A program made the translations under genes and the position numbers. A stretch of 64,000 bases of DNA from Eukaryota sp. GEM-RC1 (lineage: Eukaryota): the NCBI GenBank assembly GCA_040285855.1, contig JAUFOQ010000002.1, positions 1,364,001 through 1,428,000 of the forward strand, read 5' to 3'. Positions 12,159 to 24,909 of this stretch are shown piece after piece; the stretch's first letter is position 1, and each line of letters opens with the position of its first letter. Below the pieces are notes generated by a model, which was not told the origin of the DNA, searched no databases, and saw only the letters and a program-made list of their open reading frames with translations.

Positions 12159-13276
12159 TTACTGTTTCACAGCTTCAAAGTAAAAACAATCGTATTCATT
12201 CCTTCTAAGAGAGGACGGGTGTTGAGCATACTGGCATCGCCTCCACTCATGTTTTAAAATTTTAAATCCATATGAAGTGATAACCTCCATCAACTCTTCA
12301 TGTGATAGCTCGATACTTATAAAGCCAACACTGCCAGCCTCGCGTGACCAGTGGTAAGACAAGGGACCTATGTTCACCCAAATACCATCATCTTTGAGTA
12401 TTTTATGAATGATCTCAACATATTCAACTACATTCTGTGCAGTGTCCATAAAGAAACACGTGGCCAAAGCATCAAACTCCTTCTCATTCTCCCCAAAAAC
12501 ATCAACAAAATCCCCTGCACATACACACATTTGTCCCTGTCCATCCCCTCTAAAGTCAGCTGTATTAACATTAGGTATTGTAACAGGAGATAGAATATCT
12601 GAATTACTCTTAACATTGGACAATGAGTGAGAGAAGGGGTAGATGGTGTACTCGTCTTTTGTTGTGCTATTTAAAACAAACCCAGACATTAAAATCATAA
12701 AGAAACTAAATTCAATCCCGAGAGTGTCAAAACCGAGACTAGCGAATTCATATACCAGCCGTCCAAGACCTGATCCCGGAACTAACACCTTTCGTTGAGA
12801 TCTCTCTTCAAGTGCATCATTGGCAAAATGAGTGATAACAGCATCCAAAAGAGGTTGAAAAGACTGTCGTCTCTCTAAATCTCCTCCATCACTCCACTCC
12901 CGGAAAAGAGACTTCAAAGTAGAATTAACTTTGTCATGTTGATCACTGGAAAGGAATAATTCACCACGAAGAGCTGTTTGAAACTTGCTACGGATTTCTT
13001 CAGTTACTCCATCTTTTAAGGAGTGAGAAAGATTGAAGAAGGGGGACTTTTAGCAACAACAGTAAGAAATTCACCGTTGGTTCTTGCACATGATTCGATG
13101 ACTTCAAGCTTAGTTTTGTATTTGACTATGAGATCTTGATGTTTTTGAGGAATTGAACAAAGATCAGAAGTTAGTTGAGACAGAAATGAGCAGGACACAT
13201 CGAAGTACTGAATAAAGCTGCTAACAACCATCAGATAGTGGTCTAGGTCAGAGAGACCGGGTGGTTCATGAGACAT
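12159..13276 (-). CDS. CARNMT1: Carnosine N-methyltransferase (N2227 family; one frameshift near 13043)
   Basis: DKVNSTLKSLFREWS, VLVPGSGLGRL, TCFFMDTAQN, GIWVNIGPL. Adding one base to the G5 run at 13041-13045 joins the ORFs. Confidence 0.9.
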
Positions 13277-13687
13277 GTTTTGAGAGATGTAGAATTGTTT
13301 TGAAGCGGTTTTGTTGTTCCTTAAGATAAATCTCGCCTTGTACTTCTTAAAGTCATTGTACGCAGTGTAGTAGACTTACAGATACAATGTTTACTATTTC
13401 GACAAAACGAAAGTAAAATATCGTCACGTTGAAGATCAAGTTCCCACAATCATTCATTCATTAAGATAGGAACATATCAGTAACTTTCCACTTCTAAAGC
13501 TGTTTTAAGCGTACAAAAGAACAAAGATAATAAATTAGGAAGAGTAAAAAGCACGTGTTTTTGACAAGACTTCTGGAGAATTCCTGTTGACACTTTTTTT
13601 GACACAATGGCCCCGTTTTTCAATGCGACCAAGCAGTCATTCAGCAGTATGTTACTAGTCTAACGCTAATTGAAGTTCCTAGTGCAA

Positions 13688-16404
13688 ATGCACCCCCTAG
13701 ATACCCCGTGTCTGGAAGCTACCCCGACCAGAGCACTTATCCCACCATCCCTTCGCCATCACCTCCTAGCCATTCCATCCGAGTAGGAAGTTATGACGGC
13801 CAGAAGTCAAACGATTCTCCTCTCATTACCGGAACCCCACTTCTTCACCACTCTTTTAAACAAGCCAAGGATGATGACTGTGAGACTATCAAGGAAGATA
13901 TTGTTGAACAATTAAAGTACTTCTTAGGTAGAACTACATCTTCTATTGACAACTTCAGTGCTTTCATGTCAACTGCTTTCTCTGTTCGCAGTAGACTTGT
14001 TGATAGATGGAACTGTACTCAGAACGCCATCCTCAGTAAAAAGTTCAAGTGTGCCAACTACCTTTCCTTAGAATGGTTGCAGGGAAGAGCTTTAACCAAC
14101 GCCCTCATCAACCTCAACCTCAAGAACAAATACTCTGAAGTTCTTGAGTCCTTAGGTGTCTCCCTCGAACAAATTGCTACCAATGAACCTGATGCTGGAC
14201 TCGGTAACGGTGGTCTCGGTCGCCTCTCCTCTTGTTTCATTGACTCCCTTGCTACCACTAACTATCCCTGCTGGGGTTATGGTCTTCGTTATTCCTATGG
14301 AATGTTCAAGCAATTGATTGAAGACGGTGAGCAAGTTGAAGTTCCCGAATACTGGCTCAATTATGGAAGTGATCACGTTGAAAGAATCGACGTTCAGATC
14401 CCCGTTCGTTTCGGTGGTCACGTTGTTCAAAAGGAAGAGAACGGTAGAATCACTTTTGATTGGCAAGGGGGTTCCATTGTTAGAGCTATTGCTTACGATG
14501 CCTTCATCCCTGGTTTTAAAACTGACAATGTCTTAAACCTCCGTCTATGGGCGGCCAAAGCTCCAACTGCTTTTGATCTCACTGCCTTTAAACATGGTGA
14601 CTACTTCTCTTCCGTAAGAGAGCAAATGGAAGCGGAAACCCTCACTTCGGTTTTGTATCCTGATGATAGTACCATTCAAGGACGACAACTTCGTCTTAAA
14701 CAACAGTACTTCTTCACTTGTGCTACCATTACTGACATTCTCAATCGTTTTGATCAGTTAGGCCGTCCCCTCATTGAACTTCCCGAGTTCCATTGTGTAC
14801 AACTCAACGATACTCACCCAGTACTCGCTATCCCTGAGTTAATGAGGCAGTTAATGGATATCAAGGAGTTAGGGTGGGATGAAGCTTGGGATATCACTCA
14901 ACGTTTCTTCTTTTACACCAACCATACTCTCATGGCAGAGGCTCTTGAAAGATGGCCTGTTCCTTTCTTTGAGTTGCTCTTTCCTCGTCATTTGCAGATC
15001 ATTTATCACATCAATCATCTCCATCTCTCCAATGTACGTGAACACTACACTCAACAAGGTATGGCTAAGTTAGAGGTTGATGCTAAGTTGAAAGAGTTCT
15101 CTATTATTGAAGAAGGAACTCCAAAGAATGTTAGAATGGCTTTCCTTGCTGTTGTTTCATCAGTTAAGGTTAATGGTGTTGCCCAGATTCATGCAGAATT
15201 AGTAAAGAAAACTATCTTTAACCAATTTGTTGAACTTTATGGTGAACAAAAGTTCGTTGGAATCACCAATGGAGTTACCTTTAGACGTTGGTTAAAGGTC
15301 GCTAACCCACCTCTTTGTGATTTAATCCATACTGAACTCGGAACTGACAACTTTTTGTTAAATCCCGAGTTACTTCGTCAATTGGAACGTGTTGCTGATG
15401 ATGACGTGTTCCAATCAAAATGGAAACGTGCACATCTCACTGCTAAGAGAAAGTTGGTCCAATTGATCAAACGAACAGTTGGAATTTCTGTTAACGAGAA
15501 TGCTTTGTTTGACACCCAAATTAAGAGAATTCATGAATACAAGCGTCAATTCATGAACATCCTCCACGTCATTCATCGTTATCTTGAAATCAAGAAGAAT
15601 CCCACCGCTGCTCAGCATAACATGGTTCCTAGAGTACACATCTACTCTGGAAAGGCTGCTTCATCATACGTTCAAGCTAAACGTATTATTAAGTTAATCT
15701 GCGCAGTTGCTAACGTCATCAACAACGATCCTCAAGTTGGAGATCTCCTCAAGGTTGTTTTCCTTCCTTCTTATGGAGTTTCCCTTGCTGAGACAATCAT
15801 CCCTGGTTCTGATATCAGTGAACAAATCTCTACCGCTACTACCGAAGCTAGTGGTACTAGTAACTTTAAGTTTGCTCTTAATGGGTGTTTAACTATTGGT
15901 ACTGAAGATGGAGCAAATATTGAAATTGCTGAACATGTTGGAAAGGAACATATGTTTATCTTTGGATATGACTGTGATCAAGTTGCTGGTGCTCGTCAGA
16001 TGGTTGCTGAAGGCCGTGCTCCTCCCATGGACAAACGTCTTGTAAACGTCATTGAATCTATCAATTCTGGTACCTTTGGAGAAGGTTTCCAACCATTGGT
16101 TGATAGTCTTTATGGAACTAATGATTTCTACTTAGTTTCACAAGACTTTACAGCTTATTGTGACACTCATCTGAAGGTTGATGCTAAGTGGCGTGACAAG
16201 CCTGAGTGGATTAGATCATCAATCATTAACACCGCTAAGATCGGTCATTTCTCAAGTGATAGAAGTGTTCGAGAGTATGCTGATATGTGGAATTTAGCTC
16301 CTTGTCCAGTTAAGATGAATTTACCCAAAAGAGGTAGACCTTCTTCTTCTGGTGCTACAGTTGAGCAGAACGACCTCTGTGATGAGGAGGACCAGTTCAA
16401 TTAG
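13688..16404 (+). CDS. PYG: Glycogen/alpha-glucan phosphorylase (GT35)
   Basis: DAGLGNGGLGRL, QLNDTHP, IKRIHEYKRQ and the PLP site EASGTSNFKFALNG. ATG 13688 comes into frame if the C5 run at 13693 has one more C (MHPPRYPVSG). Confidence 0.97.
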
Positions 16405-16556
16405 GTTTTTTGTTTAATGTTTTTGGAAGTAAGTTGTAGTCACCCGTATTCTTGTCGAAGTTAATAAATTGTGGTTAAATCTAGATGTTTGTTGGAATGG
16501 AAATGGGTAAATGAACTGAAATTTAGTTGAATTTTGGAGAAGTTTTAATATAAAAC

Positions 16557-17370
16557 CATTGTTACGAATCACAAAATTTGACTTTGTGATTTTGTGAGTC
16601 ACAACAATCACATCACAAGCAATATTTTTGTGATAATTGTGATTTAACATCACAATGATTGAACAAAATCTATTCTGGAAAGTTAGTGAAATGTAACAGC
16701 TGAAGTAAGCGTCATTGGTCTTGTTCTTACGCTTAATTTGGAAGAACTTTCGTTTTTATATTAGTACGGTCCGATAATATTCCAAATCCGACCTTTGAGT
16801 AATAAAATCAAAATGCTTCACTTTTTTGACTTTCCAGATGGGCTATCAGATTTCGTAACTCTCCATTCGTATCCCAAAGGCAGTTCATCTAGGAAGTTTG
16901 CGGATGTGAGCTAGTTATGTTCTTCCATGGAGTCTAAGATTGATGGGGAATATTAAGACATATATTTGTGTAAAAAAACAGATATACATTAATTGCTTCT
17001 TCAGTTCCTATGTTAAATTTAATTCTATCTCATAAGTTGGTGACTTGAAGTCTTGTACTTAACATTGTTTATTATAGAGTCGTTCAATGCACAGATATTT
17101 TAAATCAATTTTAGGTAAATTGTTCGGTGATGGACAGAAGGATCATAGTGTAGATACTTTAGTTAGCGTCTGTTAGTTATTAACTTCTGCAAATGCATTT
17201 ATTTCACTGATTGATCATAAACCCCGTTTTTTCTAGTAATAAACACAAGGTAATGCAAAATCTAAAAAGTTATGCACAACAGAATCACAAATTTTTTCCT
17301 TTGTGATATTGGATATCACAACAATCAAATCACGAAATAACATCACGAAAATTTGTGATTCGCAACTGCG
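16557..17370. mobile_element. hAT-type MITE family A, copy 2 (inverted; carries a 157-bp insertion)
   Basis: Diverged TIRs cattgttacgaatcacaaa / tttgtgattcgcaactgcg. Perfect TSD TATAAAAC (16549-16556, 17371-17378). Collinear with the reverse complement of 7398-8025. Confidence 0.9.
17077..17233 (+). mobile_element. 157-bp TIR-less insertion element flanked by TA
   Basis: Absent from MITE copy 1 at the equivalent site. TA at 17075-76 and 17234-35. Other copies at 9620-10511 and partially at about 22368-22408. Confidence 0.8.
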
Positions 17371-17531
17371 TATAAAACACATTTTAAAAAAAAAAGTAGA
17401 GGCAATGCACATACAATTATGATTCTGCTTTGGTAACACTAATTCTCATGTTCAGATTTTTCTGAATAGTTTCATTTGAACCATTGAAACTGTAATGGAT
17501 TTCTCTGCAAAGAGCTCTACTCCACTTAGTA

Positions 17532-18078
17532 CACTGGTTTGTCTAATTAGTCCCACTGAGACTAATTTCCAAAGAAGTTTTCATCATCAATTTTAGAATT
17601 AGTCTCACTGAGACTATTTATCTGATGAGACTAATTCAAAAGGTGAGACTAATTTGAAGACTAATTTACCGGTGCTTAGCAGTTTCATTACGAAAAACTA
17701 TTGATCATTGGGAATATGATTCCCATAAACACAATCCGAATATTTTCCACTATATTCTTCAACAACAATGTGCATTAGACTGCTGCTTATCTAGTCCGTA
17801 ATACCATCAGAATCCCAATTATCTTCGTCGGAGGTACTAACAGCACGGACCTGAGGTCGAGCGATGCGTGCTGAAACGAAACCAAACGCTGTAACGATCG
17901 GTCAGGAAGAGACATGAGAGTAGTCCTTACAGATAGGACGTAGAATACCCAAAAAATAAAAAGAAATATGTACAGAGTTTATTTGGATTATAGTCTCACT
18001 GACAAAATTCAAAGGTCAATTTTAGAATTAGTCTCACTGAGACTAAATTGCTGATGAGACTAATTAGACAAACCAGTG
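17532..18078. mobile_element. MITE with CACTGG...CCAGTG termini
   Basis: TIR CACTGGTTTGTCTAATTAGTC. Flanked by TAGTA on both sides (read as a TA or a 5-bp TSD). Many GAGACTAATT subterminal repeats. Confidence 0.88.
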
Positions 18079-18114
18079 TAGTAGACCAATTTGGTCAAAT
18101 TTTAATCCTCTTCA

Positions 18115-19026
18115 ATGGAAAGTCTACTGTCATCCTCCCCACCGTTACCCACTCCATCAGGACCTGAGTCTGACATTGAAGTTCCAAACGATATTCTGCT
18201 ACTATTATCAGACCTTCTTCATGAGGACCGACGTGGTCATGCTCTTGAAATGCTCTCACGGAAACGTGAATCATTCTCTTCCTTTGCCGAAGCTTTATGG
18301 AGCTCAGTTGGTGTCGTTACTGTTCTCTTGCATGAAATTATCAGTACATATCATCTCCTTGTTCCCCCAACACTGAACTCTGCTCAATCTACCCGTGTCA
18401 ATCATGCTCTAGGCCTTCTTCAAGTAATTGCTTCACATTCCCATACAAAAATGCTTCTTCTAGAAGCCAATATTCATTTATATCTCTTCCCCTTTCTAGC
18501 CACACAGACACAAACCAAACCCTTTGAATACCTTCGCCTGTCCTCCCTTGCTGTCATTGGTGCTCTGTTAAAACAAGATCTCACTGTTGTTGTCCCAACA
18601 CTTTTGAAGACTGAAGTGGTGCCTCTGTGTCTTCGAATCATGGACACGTGTCAGATAACAGCTAGAACTGTCGCTACTTTTACTATTCATCGTATAATAT
18701 CAGACGATGTTGGCTTGAAGTATATAACGTCATCAAATGATAGGTTTGCATCACTACACAAGGTTCTTCGTCAGAATGCCAAGATTCTTATAACAAAACG
18801 AGACGTGCGAGGGTCAAAGTATGATGAGTCAGAGTTTCAGCTGATGAGACTTTTGCTTCGGTGTTGGTCAAAACTGGCTGAGAATGTTGAGGTTTGCTCC
18901 TTTTTGAGGGATAATCAGTTGCCGCCAGAATTAGTTTCTGGAGAAGTTGTGACCTTATTTAGGAATGACCGTTCTGTGTCCAAGTATCAACAGATATTAG
19001 TGGAACTGCTTGGTCCGACAAAGTAG
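18115..19026 (+). CDS. CNOT9: CCR4-NOT subunit 9 (Rcd1/Caf40)
   Basis: ALEMLSRKRE, LWSSVG, LQVIASH, PFEYLRLSSLAVIGALLK, TEVVPLCLRIM, TVATFT. Confidence 0.93.
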   Translation: MESLLSSSPPLPTPSGPESDIEVPNDILLLLSDLLHEDRRGHALEMLSRKRESFSSFAEALWSSVGVVTVLLHEIISTYHLLVPPTLNSAQSTRVNHALGLLQVIASHSHTKMLLLEANIHLYLFPFLATQTQTKPFEYLRLSSLAVIGALLKQDLTVVVPTLLKTEVVPLCLRIMDTCQITARTVATFTIHRIISDDVGLKYITSSNDRFASLHKVLRQNAKILITKRDVRGSKYDESEFQLMRLLLRCWSKLAENVEVCSFLRDNQLPPELVSGEVVTLFRNDRSVSKYQQILVELLGPTK

Positions 19027-19271
19027 GTCTTTTAGTATTGTTTTTGTGTATTTGTTGTTTATTTCTTGTATTTTGTTATTGAAACGTACGATAAAGTACT
19101 GCTAGAGATCTTCTGTTTGTACTTCTTAAACACATTAGCTGGGAACTGTTTTTTACAAGTATGGTTCAGATTTTGTTTAAGCGTTCCTTAAACATCGGAT
19201 TGAAGTTGAAACACACCTTATGGGAAGATTTTCCTAAATTAAGTTGCCCAGACAAAAAGTAAACAACCTAA

Positions 19272-20487
19272 ATGCCATCACAGTTTGCCCTTCTTTCAGA
19301 GCATCTACGTGCTCTTGGCTACTCAGATGCTGTACATTTAGACTCTTTTCGAACACCAAACTTCCCCCCTTATAGCCAAGCTCATTATTTTTCTTTCAAA
19401 ACGATTAGATCCAACTTCTTCTATACCTGATGACATTGACAATGAAACAGACCGTCTCTTCTTCATTAAATCATTTGTGCAACTTGCTTCATCAGTTGCT
19501 CGAATCAAACTCAACCCCAAGAAACTCTACACCGCCAATCTCGATTCCATAGCAGAACTCCTCAAACTGTCTACCGTCTGCTATGACGCCCTCCTCTCTT
19601 CTTACTCTCCTACTCTTTCAAATCCTTCAGAACTCATTAAGGACCTCAACTCTAAACTTGATGCATTAAAACTTCTTAGTCTCAAGTCTGTCTCTGTAGA
19701 TGGTCCTCCTAAGGCAGTGAAGCTCATGTCACTGTTGGATAATGAAGAAGTGAACCTGTCAAAAAGAGCTGTAGTATTGGAAAGAAACATTGACGTTACT
19801 GTTGCAGAACAAGTTGTTAAGAATATGACTACTAACGTGACCCATAACATCACTCAAACTCAAAAGTCGTTGGGGTCGGTGCAAAAGGATGTTGAACAGC
19901 TCGATACAAAGATCAAATCACGTCAGAATGAGCTATCACGGTCACTCAAGCGACTTGAGGGGTTAAAAACTGTTAGACCTTCCTTTATGGATGATTTTGA
20001 GAAAATTGAAGACGAAATACGTCACAACTATGACCAGTATGTTACGATGTTCAGGAATTTTCACTACTATGATGTCGTTTACGAATCTTTAATTGCTGAA
20101 GAAAATGAAAAACTTTCCAGTCAACTTAAAAAACTCAAAAAATTAAAAATCATGCATCGTCAGGAAAATCTACGTCATTTAAGAGAAAACAACGATTCTG
20201 ATGATTCTGACCCTATCACGTCATCATCTGAACAACAAGAGTTTGATGACGCCATTCCAGATGACGACGAGGAAGGAAGTGATGGAATGCAGGAGTTTGA
20301 GACAAAGGTACAAGATAATATGAATCTACTGAACAATGATGCTTTCTCTTCCTCTGATCCCGACTCTGATCTCTCCCCAGACTTGGGAGGAAGCTTTGAT
20401 CAATCAGACTCTGATGTGGAGTTTTTAGGTGATGATAACGATGATGATGCGTATCTTTTAGGAGATTCTTTGGATGAGGGGCTTTAG
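19272..20487 (+). CDS. CLUAP1: Clusterin-associated protein 1 / IFT38 (one frameshift near 19366)
   Basis: LRALGY...SFRTPNFPL, ARIKLNPKKLYTAN, KRLEGLKTVRPSFMDDFEKIE and an acidic tail. Removing one C from the C6 run 19364-19369 joins the frames. Confidence 0.9.
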
Positions 20488-20638
20488 AGTTTTTGTTTGT
20501 TGTTTTTGGTGATGTGTTCTTTTTTTTGAACGACTGTAATTTAACTTCTTTTGTGTATAATAGACTAAATAGTATAGGTCTGAAAGAATCTGTTATTTGA
20601 ATGGATTAATCTTAATAAAAAAGTCCAAAAAAAGTTCA

Positions 20639-21454
20639 ATGCATGACTTGAATGTCCAACGTCAAATACACTCTCTTCTGGACAAGTCTGCTAGGATACA
20701 TGCTCGTCTTAAAACAGCTATTTCAGAGGACCTTGCCCATTCATTCTGTGCTTCTGAGGTTCCCCAATCAACCTTCATAAAGAAGTCTTACTGTTCAACT
20801 GCACAATATCTACAACATTATAGAACTGCTGTGACTAAGCTCTGTCGTGACCCATCTTTTTACGATCTTGTTGTCCCCAACATCTATATGTTTGCTGTAC
20901 GATTCAAGAGTCTTGCTCTCCAAGATAGAGTCGCTTTTCATTATACTAAGCTCGTGAGACATCCAAAGTTGAATAATCCAAACCCTTTACTTCTTGTTAC
21001 AACTCTCTTTTGTATACAGAGTTTGACTTCAGAATCTCTTAAGAAAGTTGATCATCAACTGTTGAAGCTTGCTTGTTCGTATTGTAGGTGTAAACTTCAG
21101 GAAATCAAGACTTTTATCACCAAAGTCAGACCTCTTATTGAGTCTTGTAATGTCGAAGACCTTCCAAATCAACCTTCCAGGTCTACTCTTTTTGCACCAC
21201 CAATTCCATCACAAACGACCAAGAACAGTAGTAATTGTGATTCAATGGAGAATAATCGTATGCTCAAATCCATACAAAGTGAAAGCCGATCACCAAGTCC
21301 AACGTTACTTCCTGTTCATCGAGACCTCTTCAGAGACAAAGCCCATCGTGATGAAGTCGAAATCAATTTTCTTTTAATGAATCAATCTGAAATTGATCAA
21401 ATTATTGGAAAAACAATTGCCACCTATTTGTCTTCCGTAAACAACTATGAATAA
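20639..21454 (+). CDS. Hypothetical protein
   Basis: ORF of about 271 aa from ATG 20639. No motif recognised. Confidence 0.6.
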   Translation: MHDLNVQRQIHSLLDKSARIHARLKTAISEDLAHSFCASEVPQSTFIKKSYCSTAQYLQHYRTAVTKLCRDPSFYDLVVPNIYMFAVRFKSLALQDRVAFHYTKLVRHPKLNNPNPLLLVTTLFCIQSLTSESLKKVDHQLLKLACSYCRCKLQEIKTFITKVRPLIESCNVEDLPNQPSRSTLFAPPIPSQTTKNSSNCDSMENNRMLKSIQSESRSPSPTLLPVHRDLFRDKAHRDEVEINFLLMNQSEIDQIIGKTIATYLSSVNNYE

Positions 21455-22115
21455 CCAACAACGGCTCATCTGTTGTGCTCTGGATAAAGCCGATTCTAAT
21501 GACTTCCACTCTCTTCCTTCAGATGATGTCCGCTCTGCCCTTCTCTCATCTTCCCTCTCACTTCCTTCTCTTGGACTGACACATAACGGTCTTCAGGACT
21601 TCAACATCTTCACTCAGCTCCGGTCATTAAACCTTGATAACAACTCATTCTCTCACCTTGAACCTCTTTCTAACCTACCTATCCTCTCCACTCTTTCTGC
21701 TAAGAACTGTGATCTTAAGGACATCCGCCTTTCTGATGCACCCTCCCTTGAGAAACTCGATGTTCGCAACAACCAACTCACTACTATAACCACCACAGAC
21801 CTCCCGCTTTCCCTCAAAGTCCTTCTTATAAGAGGCAACACAATCACTGGGCTTAAAAGCTCGCGAGTCATTTCTTCGCTTCCTCTTCTACAACGCTGTG
21901 ATGTAGAATTCTCTCTCGCACCTAGAAAGGGAAATGCTGACTCTGTGATGGATACTGTTTGGTCTGATGATAGGACTGCAGAGATGATGGTGAGTGATGC
22001 TAAGGGACATGCGGATTCCCTTTCTGAAAAGCTTACAAGTATGCAGCAAAAGTATAAACAAGAGATTAATGCTTTGCAACAACGATTGTCTTTTATTGAT
22101 GATTTATCTGATTAG
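21447..22115 (+). CDS. Leucine-rich repeat protein with C-terminal coiled coil
   Basis: Repeated LxxLxLxxN units (LRSLNLDNN, LEKLDVRNN, LKVLLIRGN). Confidence 0.85.
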   Translation: MNNQQRLICCALDKADSNDFHSLPSDDVRSALLSSSLSLPSLGLTHNGLQDFNIFTQLRSLNLDNNSFSHLEPLSNLPILSTLSAKNCDLKDIRLSDAPSLEKLDVRNNQLTTITTTDLPLSLKVLLIRGNTITGLKSSRVISSLPLLQRCDVEFSLAPRKGNADSVMDTVWSDDRTAEMMVSDAKGHADSLSEKLTSMQQKYKQEINALQQRLSFIDDLSD

Positions 22116-22853
22116 TAATTTAGTTTGTACTTTCTTGTATTTGTTTATTTGTAAAATACTAATTCCATCTGTCTTCTATGCTGTTTTTTTGGAGACCAAT
22201 ATGATCAAGAACTTATCTCAGAGAACGATGCCGTGAAGAATCAACCACAATTGAGACATTAGATACACTCTACACGGTGACAAATTGATGTGAGAAATGT
22301 GAAGAGAGAGTTGTAAGCAGATTGGTTAGAGTATACATGTAGCAAAAATGAACTCATAATTAACTTCAAAAACGGGGTTTATGATCAATCAGTGAACTAA
22401 ATGCTTTACTTCTAGTTCCATCTACGAAATGCGTCCAACCAGTGACGTGTCTCTTACTTTACCACTGCTTCTTCCTGTTTTTGGTTATATTGCGTCGGTT
22501 GTGATGGCTGCAAACAACTCATTTGTTTGTGGCCCACAAATTCTTCAGTTGAATTCGATTCTCTCAGTGCTTACTCTCTCTATTCTCTTGTAACAGGGTA
22601 CCAGACTTTATCCCGCTTTTTTTCTGGGAAAACCATACTCCACTCTTCATAATGTTCCCAAATTTATCTACGTGTACCTCTGTTGTGCTTTGCTTCATTT
22701 GTGTTTCGTTTTCTGGCTTAAGCGTCACTTTTCTGACAGTCCACGTAATTTCTATCAAAATATAGCCTTGTTTGAACTTTGCTTTCTTTATTCAATAGGT
22801 CTTACAATCATAGCTGAAAAATACACTTTTGTGTATTTTTGTATTTTTGTAAA

Positions 22854-24909
22854 GGGTTTGGGTACAAAAATACCCCTATGACATCAACTTAGTACATTTC
22901 TACCCCTCTTCTAAATTTGGGGTTTTTTCCTACCCCTGTTCGTTTTTCACGTCTTTTCCTTTCGATACTCTTTTATATTTCTACATAAATACAATACTAA
23001 GGGAACATTGCTACTTCAACATATTCAGAATCACTTTCTCCAGATAACTCATCATCTTCTGTTGAGGTGTATTCACTGTCATTCCAGTCGTGGTCACCAT
23101 CACTAGTATCAACACCGTCATAGAAGGACACGTTTTGGAAGTCACCTGCTTTTAAAGCATTAGAAGTCAATCTAAGTGCGGGTTTGACCTGTTTCTTCCC
23201 TTGTTGTTCACCTGCTACAAACCTTTTGTTTTTGGTCTTCCTCTTCCAACCACTACTTTTGGTGGTGTAATGTCAGATTCTTCCAACTCCATTGTTCCAC
23301 ACACAGAAAGCATTCCTTCGTTGTACGTTCTTTTGTAGTTCTCTACTAGGTAGTAACTATCTACTGATGACACGATGTTTTGACCTAAGGCAAACGAAGC
23401 AGCAAATCCATGGCTGCATGGATATCCATTAGCTTGTCATAGATTACAATCACACGTTCTAGCACGAACGTTGACAATAAATGCCTTACAACCAGCAAGA
23501 ACTTGCACCAGTACATCTTTTCCCTTTTTGACAACAACAGTAGTCAGGCTTTTAGCCTGGTATAATTCTGGCTTAATTCGATTCCACACATTGTCACAGA
23601 TGATGTTATTCATATCATTTGCTTCAATCAATCGTTTCTCATACCACACAGACAATTTGTCAACAATAGCATTAATCATACGCACTACAGGTAACCCTCT
23701 GATACCGAGGAACCATGCATTCAAACTTTCAATCGCATTCGATGTTAAATGTCCGTATCTTAATCCAGGAAAGTGTACCGTGGTCCAATGTTCTAGCCCA
23801 GCCAATACAAGTTTATCATATGCTTTTGTTGAATTCATACGAATTTCAGCAAGTGCTGCATTTAAATCTTCAACATTTTGAGCTCTAGCAGCTTTCCAAA
23901 CAAGTGATGTAAAGCGAGCTCCCACGTTCTTAGTTAAATGTCGAAGACAGTAAGAATGATTTGATTCAGGATACACCTGACGCACAGCCTCCAATAACCC
24001 CTTTTCTCTGTCACTAATGAAAGTTGACACATTATTTCCAAAAGAATCTTTAAATTGATGTAAAAACCAGCGCCAATTATCCAAGTTTTCACCAGAAACA
24101 ACAGCAAATCCCAAAGGGAACAGTTGACCTTGAGCATCAACCGTGGTAGAAGTCAACATCACTTGCCTGTATTTGTTGTGCAAATGAGTACCATCGATTT
24201 GCACCAGAGGTCTGCAATATTCAAAGCCTCTGATACAACTGTGTAAAGCGACAAACAGTCGATGAAATTGCCCATCATTTAGCTCCAATTTTACATTAGT
24301 TCCAGGATTAAGGTCCAAAAGTTTGTTTAAGTAAGCAGGAAGTTTGCGGAAGTTGTCTTCATGAGTGCCGAATAGTTCGTCTTTGCAGAGTTGCCGTACT
24401 CTTTTTACAGTATGACTAGGGAGGTTGGTGTTGCACACCTGCTTTAAGTCAATCGTTAAAGAACTAGCACTGATGTTCGGGTTGTGAAGTATTTTTGTAC
24501 GTATCAATGTTAAGGAAGCAAGATATTCTGTAGAAGCAGGACGTTTGATCGTAGTTGTAATAGAGTGGTTCTGGCATGTATGGGCTATCAATTTTCTTAT
24601 GATATAAGGAGTTCCGTCACTACTTTTTTGGGGACGAGACGCATAACACATAAAGGCACATGTTTGATTTTTGCACCTGGCTTTGATCTGTTTATGTTCA
24701 GATTTCACCAACTTATAAGGAGCGTTTTCTTGTAAGCAATGAATACGTATAAGTTCTTTTATTTGTGCTGCATTTGCGGAAGTGTTTACTTCAAAAGGAG
24801 GTAACTGATAGGGATCCATTTGGTGAAGGGGTAGGTTTGTTTTAAGGGAAATTTGTGGGGGTAGAAATGTACTTATATTTTGTCAGAGGGGTATACATGT
24901 ACTTTTCCC
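22854..24909 (-). mobile_element. Mutator-like element (MULE), 2056 bp
   Basis: Imperfect TIRs of about 50 bp starting GGG (shared TACCCCT...TGACA...AGTACATTTCTACCCC). Perfect 9-bp TSD TTTTGTAAA (22845-22853, 24910-24918). Internal transposase. Confidence 0.93.
22997..24819 (-). pseudogene. MuDR/MULE DDE transposase with SWIM finger (premature TGA at 23437)
   Basis: CRPLVQIDGTHL, ISDREKGL, HSYCLRH, TSNAIESLN. The SWIM finger CDCNL*QANGYPCSH continues past the stop to a GRGRPK motif and an acidic tail. Confidence 0.88.

Noticed and set aside
14058..16092. Many short antisense or alternate-frame ORFs inside long genes (also in CCT6, FNT, SLC13, POLQ)
   Set aside because: They are shadows of the real coding frame and have no motifs.
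23437..23439. TGA read as Trp (alternative genetic code)
   Set aside because: This is a single case in a transposon. TGA terminates the FNT gene, Trp is TGG in conserved genes, and TAA and TAG also act as stops.
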